Assembly (NCBI GenBank): GCA_009914755.4
Contig: CP086569.2
Coordinates: forward strand, 29,504,001-29,568,000
Direction: 5' to 3'
Source of the DNA: the human T2T-CHM13v2.0 reference genome, Homo sapiens
Length of the DNA stretch: 64,000 nucleotides
The position numbers and the translations under genes are program-made. Each line of letters opens with the position of its first letter. The first letter of the stretch is position 1. Shown here one piece after another: positions 1-12,305 of the stretch. The notes beneath the pieces are model-generated. The model was not told the origin of the DNA, ran no database searches, and saw nothing but the letters and a program-made list of their open reading frames with translations.

Positions 1-202
1 GAACGGAATGGACTCGAAGGGAAAAGACTGCAATGGAAAGGTCTCGAATGGAATGGAAATTAATGGAATGGAATGGAATCGAATGAAATGGAGTCAAAAG
101 GAATGGAATCGAATGGCAAGAAATCGAATGTAATGGAATCGCAAGGAATAGATGTGAAGGGAACGGAATGGAATGGAATCCAAAGGAATGGAATAGAATG
201 GA
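1..202. repeat. HOR unit U0 (3' end only, truncated by window start)
   Basis: Positions 1-202 match the last ~200 bp of units U3 and U18 (e.g. ...gaacggaatggactcgaagggaaaagactgcaatggaaagg...). Confidence 0.8.
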
Positions 203-3052
203 ATGGAATCGAATGGAAAGGACTCGAATGGAAATCACTCGAATAGAATGCAATTTAATAAAATAGGATCAAATGGAATGGAATGGAATGGAAAGGAATC
301 GAAACGAAAGGAATGGAGACAGATGGAATGGAATGGAACAGAGAGCAATGGTATAGAATGGAATGGAATCATCTGGAATGGAATTGAATGGAATGGAATA
401 ATATGAAATGGAATGGAATGGAATGGAATGTCCTTGAATTAAGTGGACTGGAATGGAATGGACTCGAAAAGAGTGGAATGGAAAGTGTTGAAATAGAATG
501 GAATGGACTCCTTTGGAATGGTGTAGTATGCAATGCAATCGACTGGCAGGGAATCAAATGGAATGTAATGGAATGGATTGGACTGGAATGCAATGGACTC
601 GAATAGATTGGAAACGGAAAGCAAAGGAATGGAATGGAATAGTATGGAATGGAATGGAAAGGAATGGAGTGGAATAGACTAGAGTGGAATGGAATGGACT
701 CGAAAGGAATGGACTGGAATGGAACTTTCTTGAATGGACTGGAATCAAACGGAATGGAATGCAATGCAATCAAATGGCATGGAATAAAATAGAATGAAAG
801 AGAATCAAATGGAATTGAATCGAATGGAATCGAATGGATTGGAAAGGAATAGAATGGAATGGAATGGAATTGACTCAAATGGAAAGGACTAGAATGGAAT
901 GGATTCGAATGGAAGGCAAAGGAATGGAATCTATTGGAATGGACTGTAATGGAATGGAATGGAAGGGATTGGAATGGACTCGAATGGAATGGACTGCAAT
1001 AGAAAGGATTCGAATGGAATGAAAAAGAATTGAATGGAATAGAACAGAATGGAATCAAATCGAATGAAATGGAATGGAATAGAAAGGAATGGAATGAAAT
1101 GGAATGGAAAGGATTCGAATGGAATGCAATCGAATGGAATGGAATCGAACGGAATGGAATAAAATGGAAGAAAACTGGCAAGAAATGGAATCGAAATGAA
1201 TGGAGTGTTATGGAACGGACTCAAAAGGAATTGAATGTAATAGAATGGAGTGGAGTGGACTCGAATATAATGGACTGGAATGGAATGAAATCACATGGAA
1301 TGGGAACGAATGGAATGGAATGGAAAGGAATGGAATCGAATGGAAAGGAATCGAATGGAAGGGAATGAAATTGAATCAACAGGAATGGAAGGGAATAGAA
1401 TAGACGGTAATGGAATGGACTCGAATAGAATGGACACGAATGCTCAAATTGAATGGACTCGAATGGAATGGAAACGAAAGGAATGTCATCGAATGGAATT
1501 GAATCGATTGGAATGAAATCGCATAGAATGGAGTGGAATCAAATGGAATTGAATCGAAAGCAAAGGAAGCGAATGGACTGAAATGAAATGGACTCAAATT
1601 GAAAGGGCTCGAAAGGAATGGAGTCAAATGGAATGGTCTGGAATGGAGTGAACACGAATGTAATGCAATCCAATAGAATGGAATCGAATGGCATGGAATA
1701 TAAAGAAATGGAATCGAAGAGAATGGAAACAAATGGAATGGAATTGAATGGAATGGAATTGAATGGAATGGGAACGAATGGAGTGAAATTGTATGCAGTA
1801 GAAGAGAATAGAATGGAATGCAAGCGAAAGGAAAGGAATGGATTGGAATGGAATGGAATTCATTGGAATAGAAGGGAATGTAGTGTAATGGACAGGCCTG
1901 GAATAAAGTGGAATGCTACGGTCTCGAATGGAATAAAAATGTATGGAATGGAATGCAATGAAACGGAATCGAATGTCATAGAATGTAATGGAATGCAAAA
2001 AAATGGAATCCAAAATCATTGACTGGAAAGGCTGGGTGTCGAAAGGAATTGACTCCAATGGAATGGAATCGAATGGAATGGAAGTGAATAGAATCGAACT
2101 AAATCGAATGGAATGGAATTGATAGGAACGGAATGGAAAGGAATGCAATGATTTGGCATGGAATGGAATCGAATGGCATCGAATGGAATGGAATGGAATG
2201 CAATGGAATGGAATGTATTAGAATGTAATGAACATTAATGGAATGTACTCGAATGGATTCGACTGGCATGGAATGTTCTGGAAGTGAATGGAATCCAATG
2301 GAATGGATTCAAAAGGAATGGAATCATACGGAATGGAATCTAATGGAATGGAATTAAATGGAAATGAATCAAATTGAATAGCACGGAATTGAATTGAATG
2401 GAATCTAATGCAACGGAATCTAATGAAACGGAAAGGAAAGGAATGGAATGGAATGGAATGGGCTGGAATGGAAAGGAATCGAAACGAATGGAATGGAATC
2501 GAACTGAAGAGACTGGAATGGAATGCACTGGAATGGAAGGGAGTGTAATGGAAGGTTCTCGACAAAAATGGAATCGAATGGAATGGAATTGAATGGAACG
2601 GAATAGAGTGGAATGGAATTGAATGGAATGGAATGGACTAGAGTGAAATGGAATCGAACCACAAGGAATGGACAGGAATAGAATGGTCTCGAATTGAATG
2701 GAATCGTATGGAATGGCATCAAACGGAATGGAATGGACAGCCACGGAATGGAATGCACTCGAATGCAATGGAGTCGAAACTAATGGACTGGAATAGAATG
2801 GACTCGACTGGTACGGACTCCAATGGAATGGAATCGAATGGAAGGGAATCGAACGGAATGGACTCGAAGGGAAAAGACTGCAATGGAAAGGTATCGAATG
2901 GAATGGAAATTAATGGAATGGAATGGAATCGAATGAAATGGAGTCAAAAGGAATGGAATCGAATGGCAAGAAATCGAATGTAATGGAATCGCAAGGAATT
3001 GATGTGAACGGAACGGAATGGAATGGAATCCAAAGGAATGGAATAGAATGGA
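203..3052. repeat. HOR unit U1, short form (2850 bp; lacks the ~704-bp segment)
   Basis: Unit phase is arbitrary and anchored on the recurring landmark atggaatcgaatggaaaggactcgaatggaaatcactcg. The next landmark lies 2850 bp away. Confidence 0.85.
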
Positions 3053-5902
3053 ATGGAATCGAATGGAAAGGACTCGAATGGAAATCACTCGAATAGAATG
3101 CAATTTAATAAAATAGGAGCAAATGTAATGGAATGGAATGGAAAGGAATCGAAACGAAAGGAATGGAGACAGATGGAATGGAATGGAACAGAGAGCAATG
3201 GTATAGAATGGAATGGAATCATCTGGAATGGAATTGAATGGAATGGAATAATATGAAATGGAATGGAATGGAATGGAATATCCTTGAATTAAGTGGACTG
3301 GAATGTAATGGACTCGAACAGAGTGGAATGGAAAGTGTTGAAATAGAATGGAATGGACTCCTTTGGAATGGTCTAGTATGCAATGCAATCGACTGGCAGG
3401 GAATCAAATGGAATGTAATGGAATGGATTGGACTGGAATGCAATGGACTCGAATAGATTGGAAACGGAAAGCAAAGGAATGGAATGGAATAGTATGGAAT
3501 GGAATGGAAAGGAATGGAGTGGAATAGACTAGAGTGGAATGGAATGGACTCGAAAGCAATGGAATGGAATGGAACTTTCTTGAATGGACTGGAATCAAAC
3601 GGAATGGAAAGCAATGCAATCAAATGGCATGGAATAAAATAGAATGAAAGAGAATCAAATTGAATTGAATCGAATGGAATCGAATGGATTTGAAAGGAAT
3701 AGAATGGAATGGAATGGAATTGATTCAAATGGAATGGACTAGAATGGAATGGATTCGAATGGAAGGCAAAGGAATGGAATCTATTGGAATGGACTGTAAT
3801 GGAATGGAATGGAAGGGATTGGAATGGACTCGAATGGAATGGACTGCAATAGAAAGGATTCGAATGGAATGAAAAAGAATTGAATGGAATAGAACAGAAT
3901 GGAATCAAATCGAATGAAATGGAATGGAATAGAAAGGAATGGAATGAAATGGAATGGAAAGGATTCGAATGGAATGCAATCGAATGGAATGGAATCGAAC
4001 GGAATGGAATAAAATGGAAGAAAACTGGCAAGAAATGGAATCGAAATGAATGGAGTGTTATGGAACGGACTCAAAAGGAATTGAATGTAATAGAATGGAG
4101 TGGAGTGGACTCGAATATAATGGACTGGAATGGAATGAAATCACATGGAATGGGAACGAATGGAATGGAATGGAAAGGAATGGAATCGAATGGAAAGGAA
4201 TCGAATGGAAGGGAATGAAATTGAATCAACAGGAATGGAAGGGAATAGAATAGACGGTAATGGAATGGACTCGAATAGAATGGACACGAATGCTCAAATT
4301 GAATGGACTCGAATGGAATGGAAACGAAAGGAATGTCATCGAATGGAATTGAATCGATTGGAATGAAATCGCATAGAATGGAGTGGAATCAAATGGAATT
4401 GAATCGAAAGCAAAGGAAGCGAATGGACTGAAATGAAATGGACTCAAATTGAAAGGGCTCGAAAGGAATGGAGTCAAATGGAATGGTCTGGAATGGAGTG
4501 AACACGAATGTAATGCAATCCAATAGAATGGAATCGAATGGCATGGAATATAAAGAAATGGAATCGAAGAGAATGGAAACAAATGGAATGGAATTGAATG
4601 GAATGGAATTGAATGGAATGGGAACGAATGGAGTGAAATTGTATGCAGTAGAAGAGAATAGAATGGAATGCAAGCGAAAGGAAAGGAATGGATTGGAATG
4701 GAATGGAATTCATTGGAATAGAAGGGAATGTAGTGTAATGGACAGGCCTGGAATAAAGTGGAATGCTACGGTCTCGAATGGAATAAAAATGTATGGAATG
4801 GAATGCAATGAAACGGAATCGAATGTCATAGAATGTAATGGAATGCAAAAAAATGGAATCCAAAATCATTGACTGGAAAGGCTGGGTGTCGAAAGGAATT
4901 GACTCCAATGGAATGGAATCGAATGGAATGGAAGTGAATAGAATCGAACTAAATCGAATGGAATGGAATTGATAGGAACGGAATGGAAAGGAATGCAATG
5001 ATTTGGCATGGAATGGAATCGAATGGCATCGAATGGAATGGAATGGAATGCAATGGAATGGAATGTATTAGAATGTAATGAACATTAATGAAATGTACTC
5101 GAATGGATTCGACTGGCATGGAATGTTCTGGAAGTGAATGGAATCCAATGGAATGGATTCAAAAGGAATGGAATCGTACGGAATGGAATCTAATGGAATG
5201 GAATTAAATGGAAATGAATCAAATTGAATAGCACGGAATTGAATTGAATGGAATCGAATGCAATGGAATCTAATGAAACGGAAAGGAAAGGAATGGAATG
5301 GAATGGAATGGGCTGGAATGGAAAGGAATCGAAATGAATGGAATGGAATCGAACTGAAGAGACTGGAATGGAATGCACTGGAATGGAAGGGAGTGTAATG
5401 GAAGGTTCTCGACAAAAATGGAATCGAATGGAATGGAATTGAATGGAACGGAATAGAGTGGAATGGAATTGAATGGAATGGAATGGACTAGAGTGAAATG
5501 GAATCGAACCACAAGGAATGGACAGGAATAGAATGGTCTCGAATTGAATGGAATCGTATGGAATGGCATCAAACGGAATGGAATGGACAGCCACGGAATG
5601 GAATGCACTCGAATGCAATGGAGTCGAAACTAATGGACTGGAATAGAATGGACTCGACTGGTACGGACTCCAATGGAATGGAATCGAATGGAAGGGAATC
5701 GAATGGAATGGACTCGAAGGGAAAAGACTGCAATGGAAAGGTCTCGAATGGAATGGAAATTAATGGAATGGAATGGAATCGAATGAAATGGAGTCAAAAG
5801 GAATGGAATCGAATGGCAAGAAATCGAATGTAATGGAATCGCAAGGAATTGATGTGAACGGAACGGAATGGAATGGAATCCAAAGGAATGGAATAGAACG
5901 GA
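3053..5902. repeat. HOR unit U2, short form (2850 bp)
   Basis: Landmark spacing is 2850 bp. The ORF-track translations are near-identical to U1 at +2850. Confidence 0.85.
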
Positions 5903-8751
5903 ATGGAATCGAATGGAAAGGACTCGAATGGAAATCACTCGAATAGAATGCAATTTAATAAAATAGGATCAAATGTAATGGAATGGAATGGAAAGGAATC
6001 GAAACGAAAGGAATGGAGACAGATGGAATGGAATGGAACAGAGAGCAATGGTATAGAATGGAATGGAATCATCTGGAATGGAATTGAATGGAATGGAATA
6101 ATATGAAATGGAATGGAATGGAATGGAATGTCCTTGAATTAAATGGACTGGAATGGAATGGACTCGAACAGAGTGGAATGGAAAGTGTTGAAATAGAATG
6201 GAATGGACTCCTTTGGAATGGTCTAGTATGCAATGCAATCGACTGGCAGGGAATCAAAAGGAATGTAATCGAATGGATTGGACTGGAATGCAATGGACTC
6301 GAATAGATTGGAAACGGAAAGCAAAGGAATGGAATGGAATAGTATGGAATGGAATGGAAAGGAATGGAGTGGAATAGACTAGAGTGGAATGGAATGGACT
6401 CGAAAGCAATGGACTGGAATGGAACTTTCTTGAATGGACTGGAATCAAACGGAATGGAATGCAATGCAATCAAATGGCATGGAATAAAATAGAATGAAAG
6501 AGAATCAAATGGAATTGAATCGAATGGAATCGAATGGATTTGAAAGGAATAGAATGGAATGGAATGGAATTGACTCAAATGGAATGGACTAGAATGGAAT
6601 GGATTCGAATGGAAGGCAAAGGAATGGAATCTATTGGAATGGACTGTAATGGAATGGAATGGAAGGGATTGGAATGGACTCGAATGGAATGGACTGCAAT
6701 AGAAAGGATTCGAATGGAATGAAAAGGAATTGAATGGAATAGAACAGAATGGAATCAAATCGAATGAAATGGAATGGAATAGAAAGGAATGGAATGAAAT
6801 GGAATGGAAAGGATTCGAATGGAATGCAATCGAATGGAATGGAACCGAACGGAATGGAATAAAATGGAAGAAAACTGGCAAGAAATGGAATCGAAATGAA
6901 TGGAGTGTTATGGAACGGACTCAAAAGGAATTGAATGTAATAGAATGGAGTGGAGTGGACTCGAATATAATGGACTGGAATGGAATGAAATCACATGGAA
7001 TGGGAACGAATGGAATGGAATGGAAAGGAATGGAATCGAATGGAAAGGAATCGAATGGAAGGGAATGAAATTGAATCAACAGGAATGGAAGGGAATAGAA
7101 TAGACGGTAATGGAATGGACTCGAATAGAATGGACACGAATGCTCAAATTGAATGGACTCGAATGGAATGGAAACGAAAGGAATGTCATCGAATGGAATT
7201 GAATCGATTGGAATGAAATCGCATAGAATGGAGTGGAGTCAAATGGAATTGAAACGAAAGCAAAGGAAGCGAATGGACTGAAATGAAATGGACTCAAATT
7301 GAAAGGGCTCGAAAGGAATGGAGTCAAATGGAATGGTCTGGAATGGAATGAACACGAATGTAATGCAATCCAATAGAATGGAATCGAATGGCATGGAATA
7401 TAAAGAAATGGAATCGAAGAGAATGGAAACAAATGGAATGGAATTGAATGGAATGGAATTGAATGGAATGGGAACGAATGGAGTGAAATTGTATGCAGTA
7501 GAAGAGAATAGAATGGAATGCAAGCGAAAGGAAAGGAATGGATTGGAATGGAATGGAATTCATTGGAATGGAAGGGAATGTAGTGTAATGGACACCCTGG
7601 AATAAAGTGGAATGCTACGGTCTCGAATGGAATAAAAATGTATGGAATGGAATGCAATGAAACGGAATCGAATGTCATAGAATGGAATGGAATGCAAAAA
7701 AATGGAATCCAAAATCATTGACTGGAAAGGCTGGGTGTCGAAAGGAATTGACTCCAATGGAATGGAATCGAATGGAATGGAAGTGAATAGAATCGAACTA
7801 AATCGAATGGAATGGAATTGATAGGAACGGAATGGAAAGGAATGCAATGATTTGGCATGGAATGGAATCGAATGGCATCGAATGGAATGGAATGGAATGC
7901 AATGGAATGGAATGTATTAGAATGTAATGAACATTAATGGAATGTACTCGAATGGATTCGACTGGCATGGAATGTTCTGGAAGTGAATGGAATCCAATGG
8001 AATGGATTCAAAAGGAATGGAATCGTACGGAATGGAATCTAATGGAATGGAATTAAATGGAAATGAATCAAATTGAATAGCACGGAATTGAATTGAATGG
8101 AATCGAATGCAATGGAATCTAATGAAACGGAAAGGAAAGGAATGGAATGGAATGGAATGGGCTGGAATGGAAAGGAATCGAAACGAATGGAATGGAATCG
8201 AACTGAAGAGACTGGAATGGAATGCACTGGAATGGAAGGGAGTGTAATGGAAGGTTCTCGACAAAAATGGAATCGAATGGAATGGAATTGAATGGAACGG
8301 AATAGAGTGGAATGGAATTGAATGGAATGGAATGGACTAGAGTGAAATGGAATCGAACCACAAGGAATGGACAGGAATAGAATGGTCTCGAATTGAATGG
8401 AATCGTATGGAATGGCATCAAACGGAATGGAATGGACAGCCACGGAATGGAATGCACTCGAATGCAATGGAGTCGAAACTAATGGACTGGAATAGAATGG
8501 ACTCGACTGGTACGGACTCCAATGGAATGGAATCGAATGGAAGGGAATCGAACGGAATGGACTCGAAGGGAAAAGACTGCAATGGAAAGGTCTCGAATGG
8601 AATGGAAATTAATGGAATGGAATGGAATCGAATGAAATGGAGTCAAAAGGAATGGAATCGAATGGCAAGAAATCGAATGTAATGGAATCGCAAGGAATTG
8701 ATGTGAACGGAACGGAATGGAATGGAATCCAAAGGAATGGAATAGAATGGA
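5903..8751. repeat. HOR unit U3, short form (2849 bp; 1-bp deletion destroys its HaeIII site near 7595)
   Basis: Landmark spacing is 2849 bp. gacaggcctgg is replaced by gacaccctgg at ~7591-7600. Confidence 0.85.
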
Positions 8752-11700
8752 ATGGAATCGAATGGAAAGGACTCGAATGGAAATCACTCGAATAGAATGC
8801 AATTTAATAAAATAGGATCAAATGTAATGGAATGGAATGGAAAGGAATCGAAACGAAAGGAATGGAGACAGATGGAATGGAATGGAACAGAGAGCAATGG
8901 TATAGAATGGAATGGAATCATCTGGAATGGAATTGAATGGAATGGAATAATATGAAATGGAATGGAATGGAATGGAATGTCCTTGAATTAAATGGACTGG
9001 AATGGAATGGACTCGAACAGAGTGGAATGGAAAGTGTTGAAATAGAATGGAATGGACTCCTTTGGAATGGTCTAGTATGCAATGCAATCGACTGGCAGGG
9101 AATCAAAAGGAATGTAATCGAATGGATTGGACTGGAATGCAATGGACTCGAATAGATTGGAAACGGAAAGCAAAGGAATGGAATGGAATAGTATGGAATG
9201 GAATGGAAAGGAATGGAGTGGAATAGACTAGAGTGGAATGGAATGGACTCGAAAGCAATGGACTGGAATGGAACTTTCTTGAATGGACTGGAATCAAACG
9301 GAATGGAATGCAATGCAATCAAATGGCATGGAATAAAATAGAATGAAAGAGAATCAAATGGAATTGAATCGAATGGAATCGAATGGATTGCAAAGGAATA
9401 GAATGGAATGGAATGGAATTGACTCAAATGGAATGGACTATAATGGAATGGATTCGAATGGAAGGCAAAGGAATGGAATCTATTGGAATGGACTGTAATG
9501 GAATGGAATGGAAGGGATTGGAATGGACTCGAATGGAATGGACTGCAATAGAAAGGATTCGAATGGAATGAAAAAGAATTGAATGGAATAGAACAGAATG
9601 GAATCAAATCGAATGAAATGGAATGGAATAGAAAGGAATGGAATGAAATGGAATGGAAAGGATTCGAATGGAATGCAATCGAATGGAATGGAATCGAACG
9701 GAATGGAATAAAATGGAAGAAAACTGGCAAGAAATGGAATCGAAATGAATGGAGTGTTATGGAACGGACTCAAAAGGAATTGAATGTAATAGAATGGAGT
9801 GGAGTGGACTCGAATATAATGGACTGGAATGGAATGAAATCACATGGAATGGGAACGAATGGAATGGAATGGAAAGGAATGGAATCGAATGGAAAGGAAT
9901 TGAATGAAAGGGAATGAAATTGAATCAACAGGAATGGAAGGGAATAGAATAAACGGTAATGGAATGGACTCGAATAGAATGGACACGAATGCTCAAATTG
10001 AATGGACTCGAATGGAATGGAAACGAAAGGAATGTCATCGAATGGAATTGAATCGATTGGAATGAAATCGCATAGAATGGAGTGGAATGAAATGGAATTG
10101 AATCGAAAGGAAAGGAAGCGAATGCACTGAAATGAAATGGAATGGAATTGAATGGAAAGTAATGCAATGGAATAGAATGGAACGAAATTTCACGGAATGG
10201 AATCAAACTGAATGGAATCAAATCAATGGAATATAATCAAATGGAATGGAAAGGAATTGAATGGAGTAGATTGGATTGGATGGGATTGGAATGAAATGTA
10301 CTGGAAAGGACTCGAATTTCATGAAAAGGAATAGAATGAATTGGAACGGAATGGATTCGAATGGAATGGAATGTCATGGAATGGCATCAACTGGAATGGC
10401 ATCAAATGGAATGGAATCGAATGCAATGGAATGCTATGGAATGGAATGGAATGCATTGGAATGGAATGTCCTCTAATGGAATGGATTTGAGTGGAATGGA
10501 ATCGAATATAATGGAGTCGAATGAAATGGAATTGAAAAGAATGGGATCGAATAGAATGGAATATACTGGAATGTAATGTAATGAACTCGAATGTAATTGA
10601 CTGGAATGGAATGTACATGAATGGAATGTAATCGAATGGAAAGTAATCCAATGGAATAGAATCTAATGCAATAAAATCGACTCAGATAGAGTAGAATGTA
10701 AAGGAATGGAGTGCAGTGCAATGGAATGGAATGGAATGGAATGCAATGGAATGGAATGGAATGGAATGGAATGGAATGGGATGGGATGGAATGGTATGGA
10801 ATGGATAGTAATGGACTGGAGTGAAATGGACTGGAAAGGAGTGGACTCAAATTGAAAGGGCTCGAAAGGAATGGAGTCAAATGGAATGGTCTGGAATGGA
10901 ATGAACGCGAATGTAATGCAATCCAATAGAATGGAATCGAATGGCATGGAATATAAAGAAATGGAATCGAAGAGAATGGAAACAAATGGAATGGAATTGA
11001 ATGGAATGGAATTGAATGGAATGGGAACGAATGGAGTGAAATTGTATGCAGTAGAGGAGAATAGAATGGAATGCAAGCGAAAGGAAAGGAATGGATTGGA
11101 ATGGAATGGAATTCATTGGAATGGAAGGGAATGTAGTGTAATGGACAGGCCTGGAATAAAGTGGAATGCTACGGTCTCGAATGGAATAAAAATGTATGGA
11201 ATGGAATGCAATGAAACGGAATCGAATGTCATAGAATGTAATGGAATGCAAAAAAATGGAATCCAAAATCATTGACTGGAAAGGCTGGGTGTCGAAAGGA
11301 ATTGACTCCAATGGAATGGAATCGAATGGAATGGAAGTGAATAGAATCGAACTAAATCGAATGGAATGGAATTGATAGGAACGGAATGGAAAGGAATGCA
11401 ATGATTTGGCATGGAATGGAATCGAATGGCATCGAATGGAATGGAATGGAATGCAATGGAATGGAATGTATTAGAATGTAATGAACATTAATGGAATGTA
11501 CTCGAATGGATTCGACTGGAATGGAATGTCCTGGAAGTGAATGGACTCCAATGGAATGGATTCAAAAGGAATGGAATCGTACGGAATGGAATCTAATGGA
11601 ATGGAATTAAATGGAAATGAATCAAATTGAATAGCACGGAATTGAATTGAATGGAATGGAATGCAATGGAATCTAATGAAACGGAAAGGAAAGGAATGGA

Positions 11701-12305
11701 ATGGAATGGAATGGGCTGGACTGGAAAGGAATCGAAACGAATGGAATGGAATCGAACTGAAGAGACTGGAATGGAATGCACTGGAATGGAAGGGAGTGTA
11801 ATGGAAGGTTCTCGAAAAAAATGGAATCGAATGGAATGGAATTGAATGGAACGGAATAGAGTCGAATGGAATTGAGTGGAATGGAATGGACTAGAGTGAA
11901 ATGGAATCGAACCACAAGGAATGGACAGGAATAGAATGGTCTCGAATTGAATGGAATCGTATGGAATGGCATCAAACGGAATGGAATGGACAGCCACGGA
12001 ATGGAATGCACTCGAATGCAATGGAGTCGAAACTAGTGGACTGGAATAGAATGGACTCGACTGGTACGGACTCCAATGGAATGGAATCGAATGGAAGTTA
12101 ATCGAACGGAATGGACTCGAAGGGAAAAGACTGCAATGGAAAGGTCTCGAATGGAATGGAAATTAATGGAATGGAATGGAATCGAATGAAATGGAGTCAA
12201 AAGGAATGGAATGGAATGGCAAGAAATCGAATGTAATGGAATCGCAAGGAATTGATGTGAATGGAACGGAATGGAATGGAATCCAAAGGAATGGAATAGA
12301 ATGGA
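8752..12305. repeat. HOR unit U4, long form (3554 bp); hybrid with a short-subfamily-like head and a long-subfamily-like tail
   Basis: The head, 8752 to ~9870, is near-identical to U3 at +2849. From ~9890 onward it carries substitutions and the extra segment 10142-10844, which U1-U3 lack. Confidence 0.8.
10142..10844. repeat. ~703-bp segment present in long-form HOR units and absent from short-form units (shown in U4)
   Basis: Short units read ctgaaatgaaatgga|ctcaaattgaaagggctcg at ~1580-1600. Long units read ctgaaatgaaatgga|atggaattgaatggaaagtaatgc ... gtgaaatggactggaaaggagtgga|ctcaaattgaaagggctcg. Unit lengths differ by 3554 - 2850 = 704 bp. Confidence 0.8.

Noticed and set aside
595-625. 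CENP-B-box-like string ttggaaacggaa, which recurs once per unit in agattggaaacggaaagcaaagg
   Set aside because: The essential CENP-B box positions (nTTCGnnnnAnnCGGGn) are not satisfied. There is no TTCG upstream and no CGGG. It is a chance resemblance in an A/G-rich repeat, and this is not alpha satellite.
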